A stretch of DNA of 64,000 nucleotides from Eledone cirrhosa (lineage: Eukaryota). Positions 14,930-29,949 of the stretch are shown piece after piece. The stretch covers positions 370,326,001-370,390,000 of the forward strand of contig OZ024741.1 of NCBI GenBank assembly GCA_964016885.1. The letters run 5' to 3'. Every line of letters starts with the position of its first letter. The first letter of the stretch is position 1. Made by a program: the position numbers and the translations under genes. Below the pieces are notes generated by a model, which made no database searches, was not told the origin of the DNA, and saw nothing but the letters and a program-made list of their open reading frames with translations.

Positions 14930-15110
14930 GTTGTTGTTGTTGTTGTTATTATTATTATTATTGCTGCTGCTGTTTGTTATTGGTGTTGCTATTGTTGTTT
15001 CTATATGTGAACGCCATAAAAAATATAGATTATTACAAAATTATGTGAGAAACTGTACATAGTTGTTGTTGTTGTTGTTGTTACTTTTGTTTTTGCTGCT
15101 ATTGTTATTC
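14140..15110. repeat. (CAT)n/(ATT)n/(GTT)n low-complexity tract
   Basis: Directly visible. Confidence 0.92.
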
Positions 15111-15193
15111 AAAAATCCGTATTATAATATCACTTTTCATAATTGTTTGATGAGTACGTATAAATTTTTTCAAAATTATTTTTATGTCTACCA

Positions 15194-15225
<32 letters not shown>

Positions 15226-15576
15226 CACACATATACCATATACATACATTTATATATATATACAGACACACTCGCACACATATATTTATTAATGTTTCTT
15301 ACGTTTTTTACCTGTTTTTCAAATATATTTTTTATATTTCAATTTGCATTACTTTCTGATCGTTGTTGTTATTACATTCTATATACGAGCCACCAGCCCT
15401 CCTACACCACCCTCACCACGACCGCCACCACCCAAAAAGGCGATATAAGAATTGGTATTAATTCTTTAAAGTTCTATGAAGTCAGATTAAAATTTGGCAC
15501 CCTCCTCCCAGGCAGTTTATGGTGTGATTTTCTATACAGATAAGGTCAGGGTGGGTGCAGTAGGAGGTGACAAATG

Positions 15577-15695
<119 letters not shown>

Positions 15696-15733
15696 CACAC
15701 ATATATATATATATGTATATATATATATATGTG

Positions 15734-15858
<125 letters not shown>

Positions 15859-16698
15859 ATATCGGATATGTGCGCATATATATAATATGTATTCTATATA
15901 TATATATGTCATACACACACACACTTACTATATATATATATATATATGTGTGTGTCTGATAAAGTCTATCTACATATATATAAAACCTCATCATTCACGA
16001 TATTTTTTTACACTTCCAGATGTGCATACATTAATGTATTACATCCTTACACTTTTTCCTCTGTCGCCTTCCTTTACTTTCTTACACCATGTTACTCTAA
16101 CTGCATCTCTCCCTTCCAATACTTCATCTCTCTCACAGTTTTTACTCTGTCTTTCTTTATATTTTCTATAAACCATGTATCTAACCCTTTAACCCCCCCC
16201 CCATTTTCCTCTTTCTTTCGAAATCTTTCTACAAGCACCAACACATACAACGTACACGCACCTGCACAGGCACTTACAATCTCATATTCTCACACGCTGA
16301 AATATCCTACTCATATGTATGTGTTAGTGCGTATGTATTAATGTGTGTGTGTGTGTGTGTGTCTCTCTCTCTGTGAATGGATCAAGGCCGAATGGTTAAC
16401 AGATTCACTTCACAATCCCGTCATCGACACTACTAACTTTAATCATGGGCAAGTTTGATTTATCATAGCCACGAGCCCACCCTTGCCTCGTCAGTGAAAT
16501 TTGGTAAATGGAAACTATTTGAAGCTTGTCAAATGGATTAAACCTGTTTTTCAGAGGGCTACATTGAGAATTACTTTAAAGTGTACATACGTATATCTGT
16601 AGAATGCTTAGCCACGTACAGGTTAATTTTATAGGACGCCGTTCCATTGCACGAACAACTGGAACACCTATCCTCGAAACTGACGGAGGAAGGACCAA

Positions 16699-16737
<39 letters not shown>

Positions 16738-16744
16738 CAGACAT

Positions 16745-16829
16745 AGAGAGACATGCATACACAAAAACATACACACATACACACACGCACACACACAAGA
16801 CACACACACATATATATACGCTGAATTTA

Positions 16830-16877
<48 letters not shown>

Positions 16878-17099
16878 ATGGAATACTATTAGCTTATATT
16901 TATATATATATATATATATATATATGTTATGGAATACTATTAGCTTATATTTATATATATATATATATATATATATGTTATGGAATACTATTAGCTTATA
17001 TTTATATATATATATATAGAGAGACATGCATACACAAAAACATACACACATACACACACGCACACACACAAGACACACACACACATATATATACGCTGA

Positions 17100-17147
<48 letters not shown>

Positions 17148-17218
17148 TATGGAATACTATTAGCTTATATTTATATATATATATATATATATATATGTTA
17201 TGGAATACTATTAGCTTA

Positions 17219-17275
<57 letters not shown>

Positions 17276-17299
17276 TATGGAATACTATTAGCTTATATT

Positions 17300-17371
<72 letters not shown>

Positions 17372-17390
17372 ATGGAATACTATTAGCTTA
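16745..17390. repeat. Compound tandem repeat: TG(T/C)TATGGAATACTATTAGCTTA x7 separated by variable (TA)n, with a larger duplication
   Basis: Units near 16874, 16925, 16976, 17145, 17196, 17274 and 17368; AGAGAGACATGC...CGCTGAATTT block occurs twice. Confidence 0.92.
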
Positions 17391-17551
17391 TCGCTAAAAC
17401 AATTTCTATACCTTTCATTTATATATATATGTGGGGGGGTGTGGGTGTGGATATGAGTTTGTGTGTCTAAGAATGAGATCAGGTTACTAATATGATTCAA
17501 TAGGACTATATTATGCGATACCGCTCTGTAAGTATTAGTGGAAGTACCAAC

Positions 17552-17683
17552 ATTTCGGATGTCAGCACCAATACAAGTAACAATATTTAGTAAGTCAGTA
17601 CCGATGAAAATAGCACCATTTAGTATGTTAGAACCAGTGAAGGTACAATGATTTAGGATGTCAGTACCCTTGCGAGCAACAAT
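17552..17683. repeat. Diverged 33-bp tandem repeat, four units, no indels
   Basis: Units start at 17552, 17585, 17618 and 17651 with consensus about ATTTAG(G/T)ATGTCAGTACC. Confidence 0.75.
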
Positions 17684-19002
17684 ATGGAGTTGACGCTTGA
17701 GATTTAGACTATACGACCTCGAATATATTAACCACAGCTGGTAACTATAACTTAAACATTGACAGTAATAAGGTTTATGTCATACGGATGGATGGAGGCG
17801 GAGATACAAAATCACGCCAAGCGGCGTTTGAGTGCCGTATGGCATCACCAAGACAACACCTATTGTGTCGTTAGAACGTAGGAAAACTATCTTGTGATAT
17901 TTGATCCAGCTCTCTGCGCTTTGAGAATGAATCCCGTCACGGTATACGTTGGCTTTCATCTTTCGATGTCGCTGAAATAAAATGGCAGTTCAGGCCTGAA
18001 GGATCGGAGGAATTGTTGGGGTTTTAGGTGAGATTTCTTGCAGTTATCGCCATCACCTAGTATTTGGGTGGTAGACTTAATCCATAACTCGGATTAACCT
18101 AACCCCCTGATGATTGGGTGTCTTTAACACCACCCCTGGTCCTTGGTTACCTTTCAAACCATCACTTTATCATTGGATGTTAAGCATAATTCATCGTCGG
18201 GCTTAACACTATCAACTAGACTTTGGGCACCATTAGTGGAGATTACTGTGTTGCTAGCGTTTGAACTAGGTCTCTGCTTACAGGATATCATATCTGCCTC
18301 CTTCTAAAGAACCAGTGTAGATTTTCCTATGTGCTTGCGTACATTTTCACTCTACATAATTCTATTTAGATGGCCTGATTTGACCTAGGCTAGAGTTAAG
18401 ACATTTGAATAAAGATGATAAATGATAAAATTTAACAGGGAAACCGATGAATGCAGAGCAAATGCCTTGACCACTGGGCCAAACCTACGCCCGTACACGC
18501 TGTCATTGGATCAAATCTGTTTCACAGATGTAATCCTTCTACATTGTTGACCACATACATTTGAGCCAACAAAATGAATTTACAGGCGTTCGCTCAAACT
18601 ACCAAATATAACAGCCAAACACCCTCCATGTGTCCTCTACTGCTTTAGAAAAATAAGGAAACGTTAGACAATATAGTTCTAGATATCGTTATTCCTGAAA
18701 TACCAATGGTCATAAGTCTGCCTGTGCCAAAGGGATGAAAAAAAAGATCAATAACGAGAAAGATTCCGCATGTTGCTTTCTCCTGCTTGGAAAAACAGCC
18801 AAATGTCTCTCTGAAAATCTTACTGATGGGTCACCTTGTATAATGTGATCTTGCATTCACTGCACACACTGAAATACAAGAGATAGTCACAGATAGAGTG
18901 TTTTGATTGTAGATTTGCTTGCTCAGGCGCTGTCCTAGAGATAAACCACCACAACATCATCAACAATAATATCAACATCATCTCTAACAACAGCAATAAT
19001 TG

Positions 19003-19380
19003 TGTCTACTTTTGGCACAAGGCCAGCAATTTGAAAGGGAGAGGAAATTCGATTAAATTGACCCCAGTGCGTGACTGGTACTTCATTTTATCGACCCCCG
19101 TAAGAATGAAAGGCAAAGTTAACCACGGCGGGATTTGAACTCAGAGCGTAAAGGGCCGCAACTATATGCTGCAAGCATAGTGTCCGACGCTCCACCGATT
19201 TTGCCAATCAACAATAATAACTGTTTCTACTTTTGGCACAAGGCCAGCAATTATCCCAATTTTATCAACCCCGAAAGGATGAAAGGCAAACTTAACCTCG
19301 GTAGGATTTGAATTCAGACCGTAAAGGGCCGTAACTCTATGCTGCTTATCTTGGCATCCGACCCTCTACCGATACTGCCA
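19003..19380 (-). mobile_element. Two tandem octopus-type SINE copies
   Basis: CTACTTTTGGCACAAGGCCAGCAATT...GGATTTGAA(C/T)TCAGA at about 19006-19208 and 19223-19380. Confidence 0.85.
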
Positions 19381-19399
19381 AGAACCCCCAACACCACAT

Positions 19400-22300
19400 C
19401 CATTATATTAGCACTACACTACCAACCACAACATCACTACTACATTACCGATGACAACTCTACGAACACTACTAACATCACCACCATTACATCACCACTA
19501 CACCACTACACCACTACTAACATCACCACCACTACACCACTACTAACATCACCACCACTACACCACTACACCACTACTAACATCACCACCATTACATCAC
19601 CACTACACCACTACACCACTACTAACATCACCACCACTACACCACTACACCACTACTAACATCACCACCATTACATCACCACTGCACCACTACACCACTA
19701 CTAACATCACCACCACTACACCACTACACCACTACTAACATCACCACCACTACACCACTACACCACTACTAACATCACCACCACTACACCACTACTAACA
19801 TCACCACCACTATACCACTACACCACTACTAACATCACCACCACTACACCACTACAACACTACTAACATCACCACCATTACATCACCACTACACCACTAC
19901 TAACATCACCACCACTACACCACTACACCACCACTATACCACTACACCACTACTAACATCACCACCACTACACCACTACAACACTACTAACATCACCACC
20001 ATTACATCACCACTACACCACTACTAACATCACCACCACTACACCACTACACCACTACTAACATCACCACTACACCACTACTAACATCACCACCACTACA
20101 CCACTACACCACTACTAACATCACCACCACTATACCACTACACCACTACTAATATCACCACCACTACACCACTACACCACTACTAACATCACCACCATTA
20201 CATCACCACTACACCACTACTAACATTACCACCACCACATCACCACTACACCACTAAACTAACAAAATCAACACCCACATCACTATTACACCAACACTAC
20301 TATCAACAACAACACTACACTACCAACAACAACACTACACTACCAACAACAACACTACACTACCAACAACAGTATTACCAACATAACTAACAACGACACA
20401 TCACCACCATTACACCACGACTACGCTACCAATAACAACACCGCCATCATCATTATATCAAGAACATCACCACCACCATTACAGATCTCCCACCACCATT
20501 ATTATACCACCACTACAACACCACCACCATCACTACTCTACCAACACCACCACCACTACTACCACCATCACTACTCTACCAACACCACCACCACGACCAC
20601 CATCACTGCAACACCACCACCACCACCATCACTACTCTACCAACACCACCACCATGACCACCATCACTGCAACACCACCACCAACACTACTCTACCAACA
20701 CCACCAACACCACCATCACTACAACACCACCACCACCACCACCACCAACACCACCACCACCACTACCAACACCACCACCATCACTACTCTACCAACACCA
20801 ACACCACGACCACCATCACTACAACACCACCACCACCACCATCACTACTCTACCAACACCACCAACACCACCACCACCACCACCACCACCACTACTCTAC
20901 CAACACCACCACCACCATCATCACTACAACACCACCACCACCACCATCACTACTCTACCAACACCACCACCACCATCATCACTACAACACCACCACCACC
21001 ACCACCACCACCACCACCACCACCACCACCACCACTACCAACACCACCACTACCACTACCAACACCACCACCATCACTACTCTACCAACACCAACACCAC
21101 GACCACCATCACTACAACACCACCACCACCACCACCACCACCACCACCACCACCACCACCACCACCACTACCACCACCACCACCACCACCACCACCATCA
21201 CCACCACCACCACTACCACCACCATCACCACCACCATCACTACAACACCACCACCACCACTACCACCACCACCACTACCACCACCACCACTACCACCACC
21301 ACCACCACCACCACCACCACCAACACCACCACCATCACTACAACACCACCACCACCACCACTACCACCACCACCACTCTACCAACACCAACACCACCACC
21401 ACCACCACCACCACCACCACCACCACCACCACCACTACCACCACCACCACCACCACCACCACCACCACCACCACCACCACCAACACCAACACCACCACCA
21501 TCAACACCACCACCACCACTACCACCACCACCACTCTACCAACACCAACACCACCACCACCACCACCACCACCACCACCACCACTACCACCACCACTACC
21601 ACCACCACCACCACCACCACCACCACCAACACTACCAACACCACCATCACTACTCTACCAACACCACCACCACGACCACCATCACTACAACACCACCACC
21701 ACCACCACCACCACCATCACCACCACCACCACCACCACCATCACCACCACCACCACCACCACTACCACCACCACCACTCTACCAACACCAACACCACCAG
21801 CACCACCACCACCACCACCACCACTACCACCAGCTCCACCACCTTCACCACCACCACCACCACCACCACTACCACCAGCTCCACCACCACCACCATCACC
21901 ACCACCACCACCACCACTACCACCACCACCGCTCTACCAACACCAACACCAACACCACCACCACCACTACCACCACCACCACCACCACCATCACCACCAC
22001 CACCACCACCACTACCACCACCACCACTCTACCAACACCAACACCACCACCACCACCACCACCACCACCACCACCACCACCATCACTACTCTACCAACAC
22101 CACCACCACCACCACCACCACCACTGCCACCACCACCAACACCACCACCAACACCACCACCAACACCACCACCATCACTACTCTACCAACACCACCACCA
22201 CCACCATCATCACTACAACACCAACACCACCACCACCACCACCACCACCACCACCACCACCACTACTACCACCACCACCACCACCACCACCTACAACACC

Positions 22301-22835
22301 ACCACCATCACTACTCTACCAACACCACCACCACCGCCATCATCACTACAACACCAACACCACCACCACCACCACCACCACCACCACCACCACCACCACC
22401 ACCACTACCATCACCACCACCACCACCACCACCATTACTACCACCACCACCACCACCACCACCACTCCACCACCACCACCACCACCACCACCACCACCAC
22501 CATCACCACTACCACCACCACCACCACCACCACCACCACTACTACCACCACCACCACCACCACCACCTACAACACCACCACCATCACTACTCTACCAACA
22601 CCACCACCACCACCATCATTACTACAACACCAACACCACCACCACCACCACCACCACCACCACCACCACTACCATCACCACCACCACCACCACCACTACT
22701 ACCACCACCACCACCACCACCATCACCACTGCACCACCACCACCACCACCACCACCACCACCACCAACACCAACACCACCATCAACACCACCACCAACAC
22801 CACCACCATCACTACTCTACCACCACCAACACCAA
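19400..22835. repeat. About 3.4-kb (CAC)n/(CACTACAC)n cryptic simple-repeat field
   Basis: Directly visible; origin of the 728-aa poly-T/P/H ORF. Confidence 0.95.
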
Positions 22836-23284
22836 TATAAATGACAAAATACACATGGAATGACCGAAGTTTCATGACTTGTATTTAGTAAAGTAAGAAG
22901 TAGGTGTGGTAGCAGACTGTTGTGTGTGTGTGTGGTAGCAGACTGTTGTGTGTGTGTGTGGTAGCAGACTGTTGTGTGTGTATGTGTGAGTAGGATAAAG
23001 CCTGGCTGTGTGTATGTGTATATATGTGTGTGGAGGTATGTATGTGTAGGTTATAGTTTATGTATGTATGTGTATATATGTGTTTGTACATGCATTTATG
23101 TATGTGTGCATGTGTGTACGTACTACGTATGTATATATATATTATATATTATGTATGTACGTACGTTTGTATGTATGTATGTATGTATGTATGTATGCAC
23201 GTACGTATGTATGCACGTATGTATGTATGTATATAGGTGTATGTATATGTGTAAATGTATATGTACCTGTATGCATGTGTGTAT

Positions 23285-24765
23285 GTAACCACCCACTGAT
23301 AAGCGAGAAAGTGTGTATTTGTCAGGAGTATACAGGAGTAATAAACATGTGTGTGTGTATATGTGTATGTATGCGTGTATGTATGTTTACGTATATGTGT
23401 ATGTACGTATGTTTTGTGTGTATATGCGTGTATATGCGTGTATGTGTGTATGTGTGTATATGTTTGTATGTGGGTGTGTGTAACCACCCACTGATAAGCG
23501 AGAAAGAAAGTGTGCATTTATCAGGAGTATACAAGAGTAAATTAAATGTGTGTATGTGTGTGTGTGTGTGTGTGTGTATAGATGTGGATATTTATGAATG
23601 TATAGGTGTATGTATGTGTATGTGTGTAACAAGCCTCTGATAAGAGAGAAAAAGTGTATTTATTAAGGGTACAAAATGGCGACACAGCGGCAGATGTGTT
23701 AAGGCGTAGGATAAAAATTGGTTCGGTATCTGGTCGGGCTCGCTGCGCTCTGAGTTCAAATTTGGCTGATGTATTTCATCCTTTCAATATCAATAAGTAT
23801 CAGTGTAGTTGTGGGGTAATGGCGGTGGTCTTGTTATTGTCTCTAACTCCTGATATAGTCGTTGTTGTCCCGTAACTCCTGATATAGTCGTAGGGGCGGC
23901 GTATTGACATACGGCGTTTCTTGGGCATTTTAAGCCTGGCGGATCCCATTCGTCTCCAGGCCTGAGTACAACAGATTTCTTCCTGAGAAAATGAGAAAGA
24001 GGAAATGAGAAAAAAGATATAGAGGAAGAATCGACCCCAGTACTAGACTGGTACTTGTTTTATCGACATCGAAAGGATGAAAGGCAAAGTTAAGCTAAAC
24101 GGGATTTGAACTTAGAGAGCAGAGCGCCGGATCGAATACCATAAAGTATTCTATCCGACATTCTAACGACTCTGCCAATTCGCCGTCTTGCGTCTATAAT
24201 GGAGTGACAGTTTTATTGTTGGCAGCCCATTATTTATGCAACAATTGAGAGAGTCGTCAGAATGTAGAATACAATGCATTTCTGTATTCGTTTCGAATCT
24301 TTGCTCTTTGAGTTTAAATCCGAAGTTAACTTTGGCTTTGATCCTATCGGGGTCGATAAAACAAGTACTAGGTTGATTCTTCCTCTATATCTCTTTCTCA
24401 ATTCCTGTCTCTCATTCTCTATCCTTCTCTGGAAGAAAGCTGGAGAGTGTTGGGCTACAACAGGCTTAAAAATGCCCAAGAAACGCCGTATGTCAATACA
24501 GCGCCCGTACAACTCTATCCGGAATTACGGGACCATACATACATACATAGTCCAGTATAGGGTATTCATCCTATTTATGTGCGTGTATATATATATGCGC
24601 ATGTATGTAAGCGTGGATATAAGTGTATATCTATGTCTGTGTGTATATATGTGTATGGTTATATATGTATGTACCCGTTTATGTATGTGTATATGTGTAA
24701 CCACCTACTGATAAGAGAGAATGAAAGTGTGTGTTTATCAGGAGTAAACAGGAGTAATTTAAATG
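23285..24765 (+). repeat. About 65-bp motif GTAACCACCCACTGATAAGCGAGAAAG...TCAGGAGTATACA in four local copies
   Basis: Copies at about 23285, 23480, 23626 and 24697, separated by (TG/TATG) tracts and SINEs. Confidence 0.8.
23890..24510. mobile_element. Two composite SINE copies in inverted orientation
   Basis: 23890-24188 and 24238-24510 are diverged reverse complements; further copies at about 34315-34540 and 61750-62025. Confidence 0.8.
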
Positions 24766-24830
24766 TCAAACGAGGAGAGAAATAAATAACTGTATTTGAC
24801 CTCAATCTCATCACATTGTGGAGGTGTGTC

Positions 24831-24951
<121 letters not shown>

Positions 24952-24959
24952 TACATATA

Positions 24960-25011
<52 letters not shown>

Positions 25012-25049
25012 CACACACACACATATATATATAATAATTATTATTATTC

Positions 25050-25225
25050 GGTGGATTGGCAGTATCGGTAGACAACATGCTTTGCACCATACAGTTATAG
25101 CCCTTTATCTTCTGAGTTCAAATCCCACTGGGGTCGGTAAAATAAAGCACCAGTAATGCACTGGGGCGATTTAATTGACTTCCGCTCCTCTATAAATGTC
25201 TGGCCTTGTGTCTAAAGTAGAAAAT
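25050..25225 (+). mobile_element. Octopus-type SINE
   Basis: TTGGCAGTATCGGTAGA...CTGAGTTCAAATCCC...GGCCTTGTGTCTAAAGTAGAAA followed by an (ATT)n tail. Confidence 0.82.
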
Positions 25226-25889
25226 ATTATTATTATTATTAGCATTGAATAAAAGTTTATGCAGACAATTTCTGTGTTGACCCTTGTACAGGATCTTCTG
25301 AAATTGAGATATATCAATCCGTGGACGCAGATATAAATATTTTGAAAAACATAAAAAAACAAATATTGCCTTTAAAAATAGAACCTCATAACGGTAACAA
25401 CTGAAAACGTTCATTGCGGGCGACACTTGTGTGAAACGGATTCAGTGATACCCACTCCCTCTGAGAGAGGTTAGCGCCTGGTAGTAGTACTGTATTGGGG
25501 TTGACATTCAGACACTGGACGAGATGTCTGTTGCCAGCTACTTCTCCGCCTTTGAGGCGGATTGAAATCTGAGTTTCGCAGCTTTGCTGTGTGACGTTAG
25601 GAAGGGCGGCGTGACTTTAAATGGTGTTGGTCTTGTAGCTGAGAATGCTCAACCATGTCATGGAGTAGATGATTTAGGTCTATTTAAGGCTTGGTTATCA
25701 AGCTCTGTATGTATGATGTTCTCTAAGGGATCAGGTAGATAAGCCTTAAAGTGGTGTTCAGGGATGTACCTAACTTATTAGTATCGGAGCTCCTGCACCA
25801 TACAGCGGTGGCGTACTCAGCAGCATTCTAGACCAAGAATAGAGCACTGGTACGTAGGGTAAATGTGACGGCACCTCATGATGAGCCTG

Positions 25890-26395
25890 TTAAACGGGTA
25901 TACGTACTTAAGTATCCTGGAAACAAACCAAATGAAAGAGAAGGAAATGAAAAATATTATCAAAGGAATATAAACGAGACTCAAGTTGGTATTAAAGACG
26001 ACGTTAAGTGGTAGGAATAAGATACTGGCTATCAACACATGGCCTGCTGCAGGGCTAAGGTATAGCGCTGGTGTGATAGACTGGAGTTGTGATGAATTTA
26101 AGGAGCTTAATACAAAAACCAGGAAAATGATGACACTACAAGGGGCTCTACATCCCAAAGGTGTTGTGGACAGGTTGTATTGAGGCTTGGCTTGAGAAGC
26201 TAGGAATTACCATCAGGACAGGATTGTTGCAGAAAACAGCTTTGCTCGGAACAGCAAGAATTCTAAGAAGGGTGTTGGAATGTTGTAGGAGAAGGAATGA
26301 CCCAAAGGACCTTTGGCGATTGGCTATGGGTCCCTCTTTTGGTATAATGTTGGTATAACATCTGCCAGAACAAAAGCGAATAATAATAAGTAAAT
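25890..26395 (+). mobile_element. R4/Dong-type non-LTR retrotransposon remnant, internally deleted
   Basis: YTYLSILE, NKILAINTW, KTRKMMT..GALHPK..VDRLY joined to the C-terminal LQKTALLGTARILRRVL. Confidence 0.8.
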
Positions 26396-26551
26396 AATTT
26401 AGGAGGAAAGGTGTAATGGTATGCACTTCGTTGTCATACATCTTTCTACATCATATATATGGGTTTACAAGAATGATTGTGTGCGCGTATACATATGCAA
26501 AAATATACAGTAAATCTATCAAACAATCAATCAATCAATCTATCAATCAAT

Positions 26552-26637
<86 letters not shown>

Positions 26638-26642
26638 CTATC

Positions 26643-27730
26643 TCGAGGTATTCCTGACAGGTGAACCGGTGTGGCTGTCGTTTGTGAGACAAACTCTTCC
26701 ACAACTCGTCTCACTAACATAGCTGCAGTCCTGGGTCAAGCGAAGACCGAAAATGGGTGCCTGGCACCTCGAATGCCTACAGGCGCTCACAGCCCTCTAC
26801 CAAGCAGATACAGCAATCAGCGGAGACTCCACTTCGACATTCTATAGGGGATTAGTGGAGGATAAGTGCGACGACGTTCTCGGGGAAACTCTAGGCATCG
26901 AGGAGGACGAACTAACCAGTCTGTTCGGGAGGACTTTCCGTCCAGGGCCTATGGATAACTTCCAGAGTTCTCTGGCCTGGCAGTGCTACCGAGGAACTCT
27001 ACCAGTTCGAGACAAAATCTACAGGCACGGACGCCCTGGCAGAGATCCTGCCAAAAGGACCTGTCCAAGATGCGAGCAGGACATCGAAACCGTTCTGCAC
27101 GCAATTGTTCAGTGCCCAGGGGTGACCGACTTGTGGAATTATGTCGAACAGCTGCTGTCACGTGTGGGACGCATCCAGTTGTCAGCCGAGTCCATCGTGA
27201 GGACCACCCCGCCGCCTTCATTTAAGAACGAAGGAGAGGCGGTTTTCCTCTGTCTGCTGGCTATGGCGAAAGAGGTAATATGGTGGACGAGGTTAAAAGG
27301 ACTGAGGGCAAACAACTTTTTCTCCGGACAACAACTTATCCCCTTCTTTAAGTATCACTTCAGAAGGAAGGTGAGAGTGGAGAGAGAGGTGCTACACCCC
27401 AGTAAATTCGCTGAAAGGTGGGTGAATGTGGCGAAAATGGCCCGAGTGAATGGGCCTTCTCTGTATATAAACCTGTAGGTTGAGGAAGATAAACAGAGGG
27501 AAGACAGGAACTCCTACAAAACATGTTCCTGGTGTTGAGGGTTGTTCTATCCACGGGGTGTAAAACAACCCTGCAGTAACGTTCCTCCCTACTGGGGATT
27601 TCAATTGTTATTTTATTATATATAGTTTATTGTTATTTATTAATGTTAAAGTTATTTTTATGTAAAACCCCCGCCGTCACGTCTTGTAATGTCCCATTTT
27701 TGTACGCCCCTGTGGCAAATAAAGAAAGAT
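26643..27730 (+). mobile_element. 5'-truncated L1/Tx1-clade LINE (zf-RVT region and 3' UTR)
   Basis: ORF 26753-27478 with WQCYRGTLPVRD and CPRCEQDIETVLHAIVQC; AATAAA near the end; flanked by (TATC)n and (TC)n. Confidence 0.88.
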
Positions 27731-27731
27731 A

Positions 27732-28165
<434 letters not shown>

Positions 28166-28184
28166 TATATATATATATTATTAT

Positions 28185-28226
<42 letters not shown>

Positions 28227-28275
28227 ATAATAATAATAATAATAATATAGATATTTTAGATATATTTGTGTGGCG

Positions 28276-28360
<85 letters not shown>

Positions 28361-28819
28361 GTGCGCACACATGCGCATGAATAGGGAGCAGCTATTCTTT
28401 CAAGCATAGAAAACACGACTGTGGTGTAGTTTGATAATTTTTATTAAGTATTTTGCATATTTTTCCTTCGTTCGTTATACCTAGTTTGGTCCAGTGGTGT
28501 TCCTAACTCCCCGAGTGTATTAAAGTTTCGGAATCTTCACGGCTCCATCTTCAGAATCAGAATGATCTTACTGGTAGCGTATTGGCCATATGCTCAGCAG
28601 TGATCGTAAAGAAACATTGGTGTAGTAGGAAATCACGGACGTCTGATTAAACATTTCTCAACGGTTGAAGCAGAACACTTATTTGTTTCATGCATGCGGT
28701 ACCTGCATGTTAAGTTTTGGTTTATATGCTGATATTAATGGAACCTCCATAGTTTGTCATGTTTTATATGGAATTCTAGATAAAATTGTAGTGTCGTCGA
28801 GTTATGCCTACTATCTACT

Positions 28820-28921
28820 GTCTGTTATGCCAACTGGCATATAGAGCAACAATAAAGGTCTTCCACTCCTGTCTGTCTTGGGCCAGCTTCTGGGTGGTAT
28901 CCCATGTATGTTGCCAGGTCC

Positions 28922-29017
<96 letters not shown>

Positions 29018-29280
29018 TCTTCTGTGCCAGGTGCTTCTTGGCCTTTCTCGTATTCACTTGCCTTTCTGGTGTCCAGTGAAGGGCTGTTCCCGAGATATTA
29101 TCTTGGTCTATTCTGAGAACATGCTCATCCACTTCCATTTTCTTCAGAGACGGAATGCTGACATATTCTCCTGTTCGTATCTACCTACCGATTCCTCATT
29201 GGAGATCTTTTCAGACCAACAAATTCTAAGGATTCTTCTAAGACTCTTTGTGTGGAAACCTGAAAGTTTGGACAGACTTA
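28820..29280 (-). mobile_element. RTE-clade LINE 3' fragment interrupted by (TC)n
   Basis: Minus-strand ALHWTPE and [18 protein letters not shown]. Confidence 0.75.
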
Positions 29281-29510
29281 TATAGCCATTTCTAATTCTG
29301 TTTGCATGTATGTCTGGGAATGCGTTGCGATTGCTTCCGGTTATAAGTGCATCATTAACCGACGGGAATTTCTCGAAAATTTCGGGTTTTCAATGTTTGA
29401 AAGTAAAGCTGTATTGCGGATACAACTTCGATTTCTACCTATTATATATATAAGGAAAAAAGATGAAATCCGAAATGCAACTGGAGTCTTTTTAAGAATA
29501 TTTATTTGGT

Positions 29511-29550
29511 TCCTTTACCGGTTTCGCAGTTCTTATGCTTTTCAAAAGTA
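29511..29550 (-). ncRNA. Hammerhead-like motif with U3:A8 core, family D copy 1
   Basis: Minus strand TACTT-TTGAAAA-GCA-TAAGAAC-TGC-GAAA-CCGG-TA-AAGGA. Confidence 0.55.
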
Positions 29551-29698
29551 GAATTGAGATGGAGGGTTTATGGTTTTTCATAGTAATAATAAATATGAAG
29601 ACCAAAATCCGAAGAGGGCTCGATAAGGGTTGTTTCAGTAGATCCCGTAATAGGGTGAAAGCAGCGATTCATTGCTTAAATTTTCATCTGTACCAATA

Positions 29699-29788
<90 letters not shown>

Positions 29789-29949
29789 GCGTGTGTGTGT
29801 GTGTGTGTGTCTGTGTGTGTGTGCGTGTGCGTGCGCGCGCATGTGTGTATGTTCACTAATCACATATCTCGTAAACCACAGATCATACTGCAGATGGCCA
29901 ACATGATATATAACTTTCAATGCAAATAAAGTATAAATATAATTTTTGT

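Noticed and set aside
16870-17390. CRISPR-like array of 23-bp repeats with spacers
   Set aside because: Spacers are (TA)n, there are no cas genes and the context is eukaryotic
20654-22840. 728-aa Thr/Pro/His-rich ORF resembling a mucin or extensin
   Set aside because: Pure (CAC)n-derived sequence that drifts among poly-T, poly-P and poly-H, as expected from slippage without frame constraint
23285-23345. CTGATAAGCGAGAAAG as a hammerhead core
   Set aside because: C3 with A8 is a mismatch, and no convincing stem I, II or III was found
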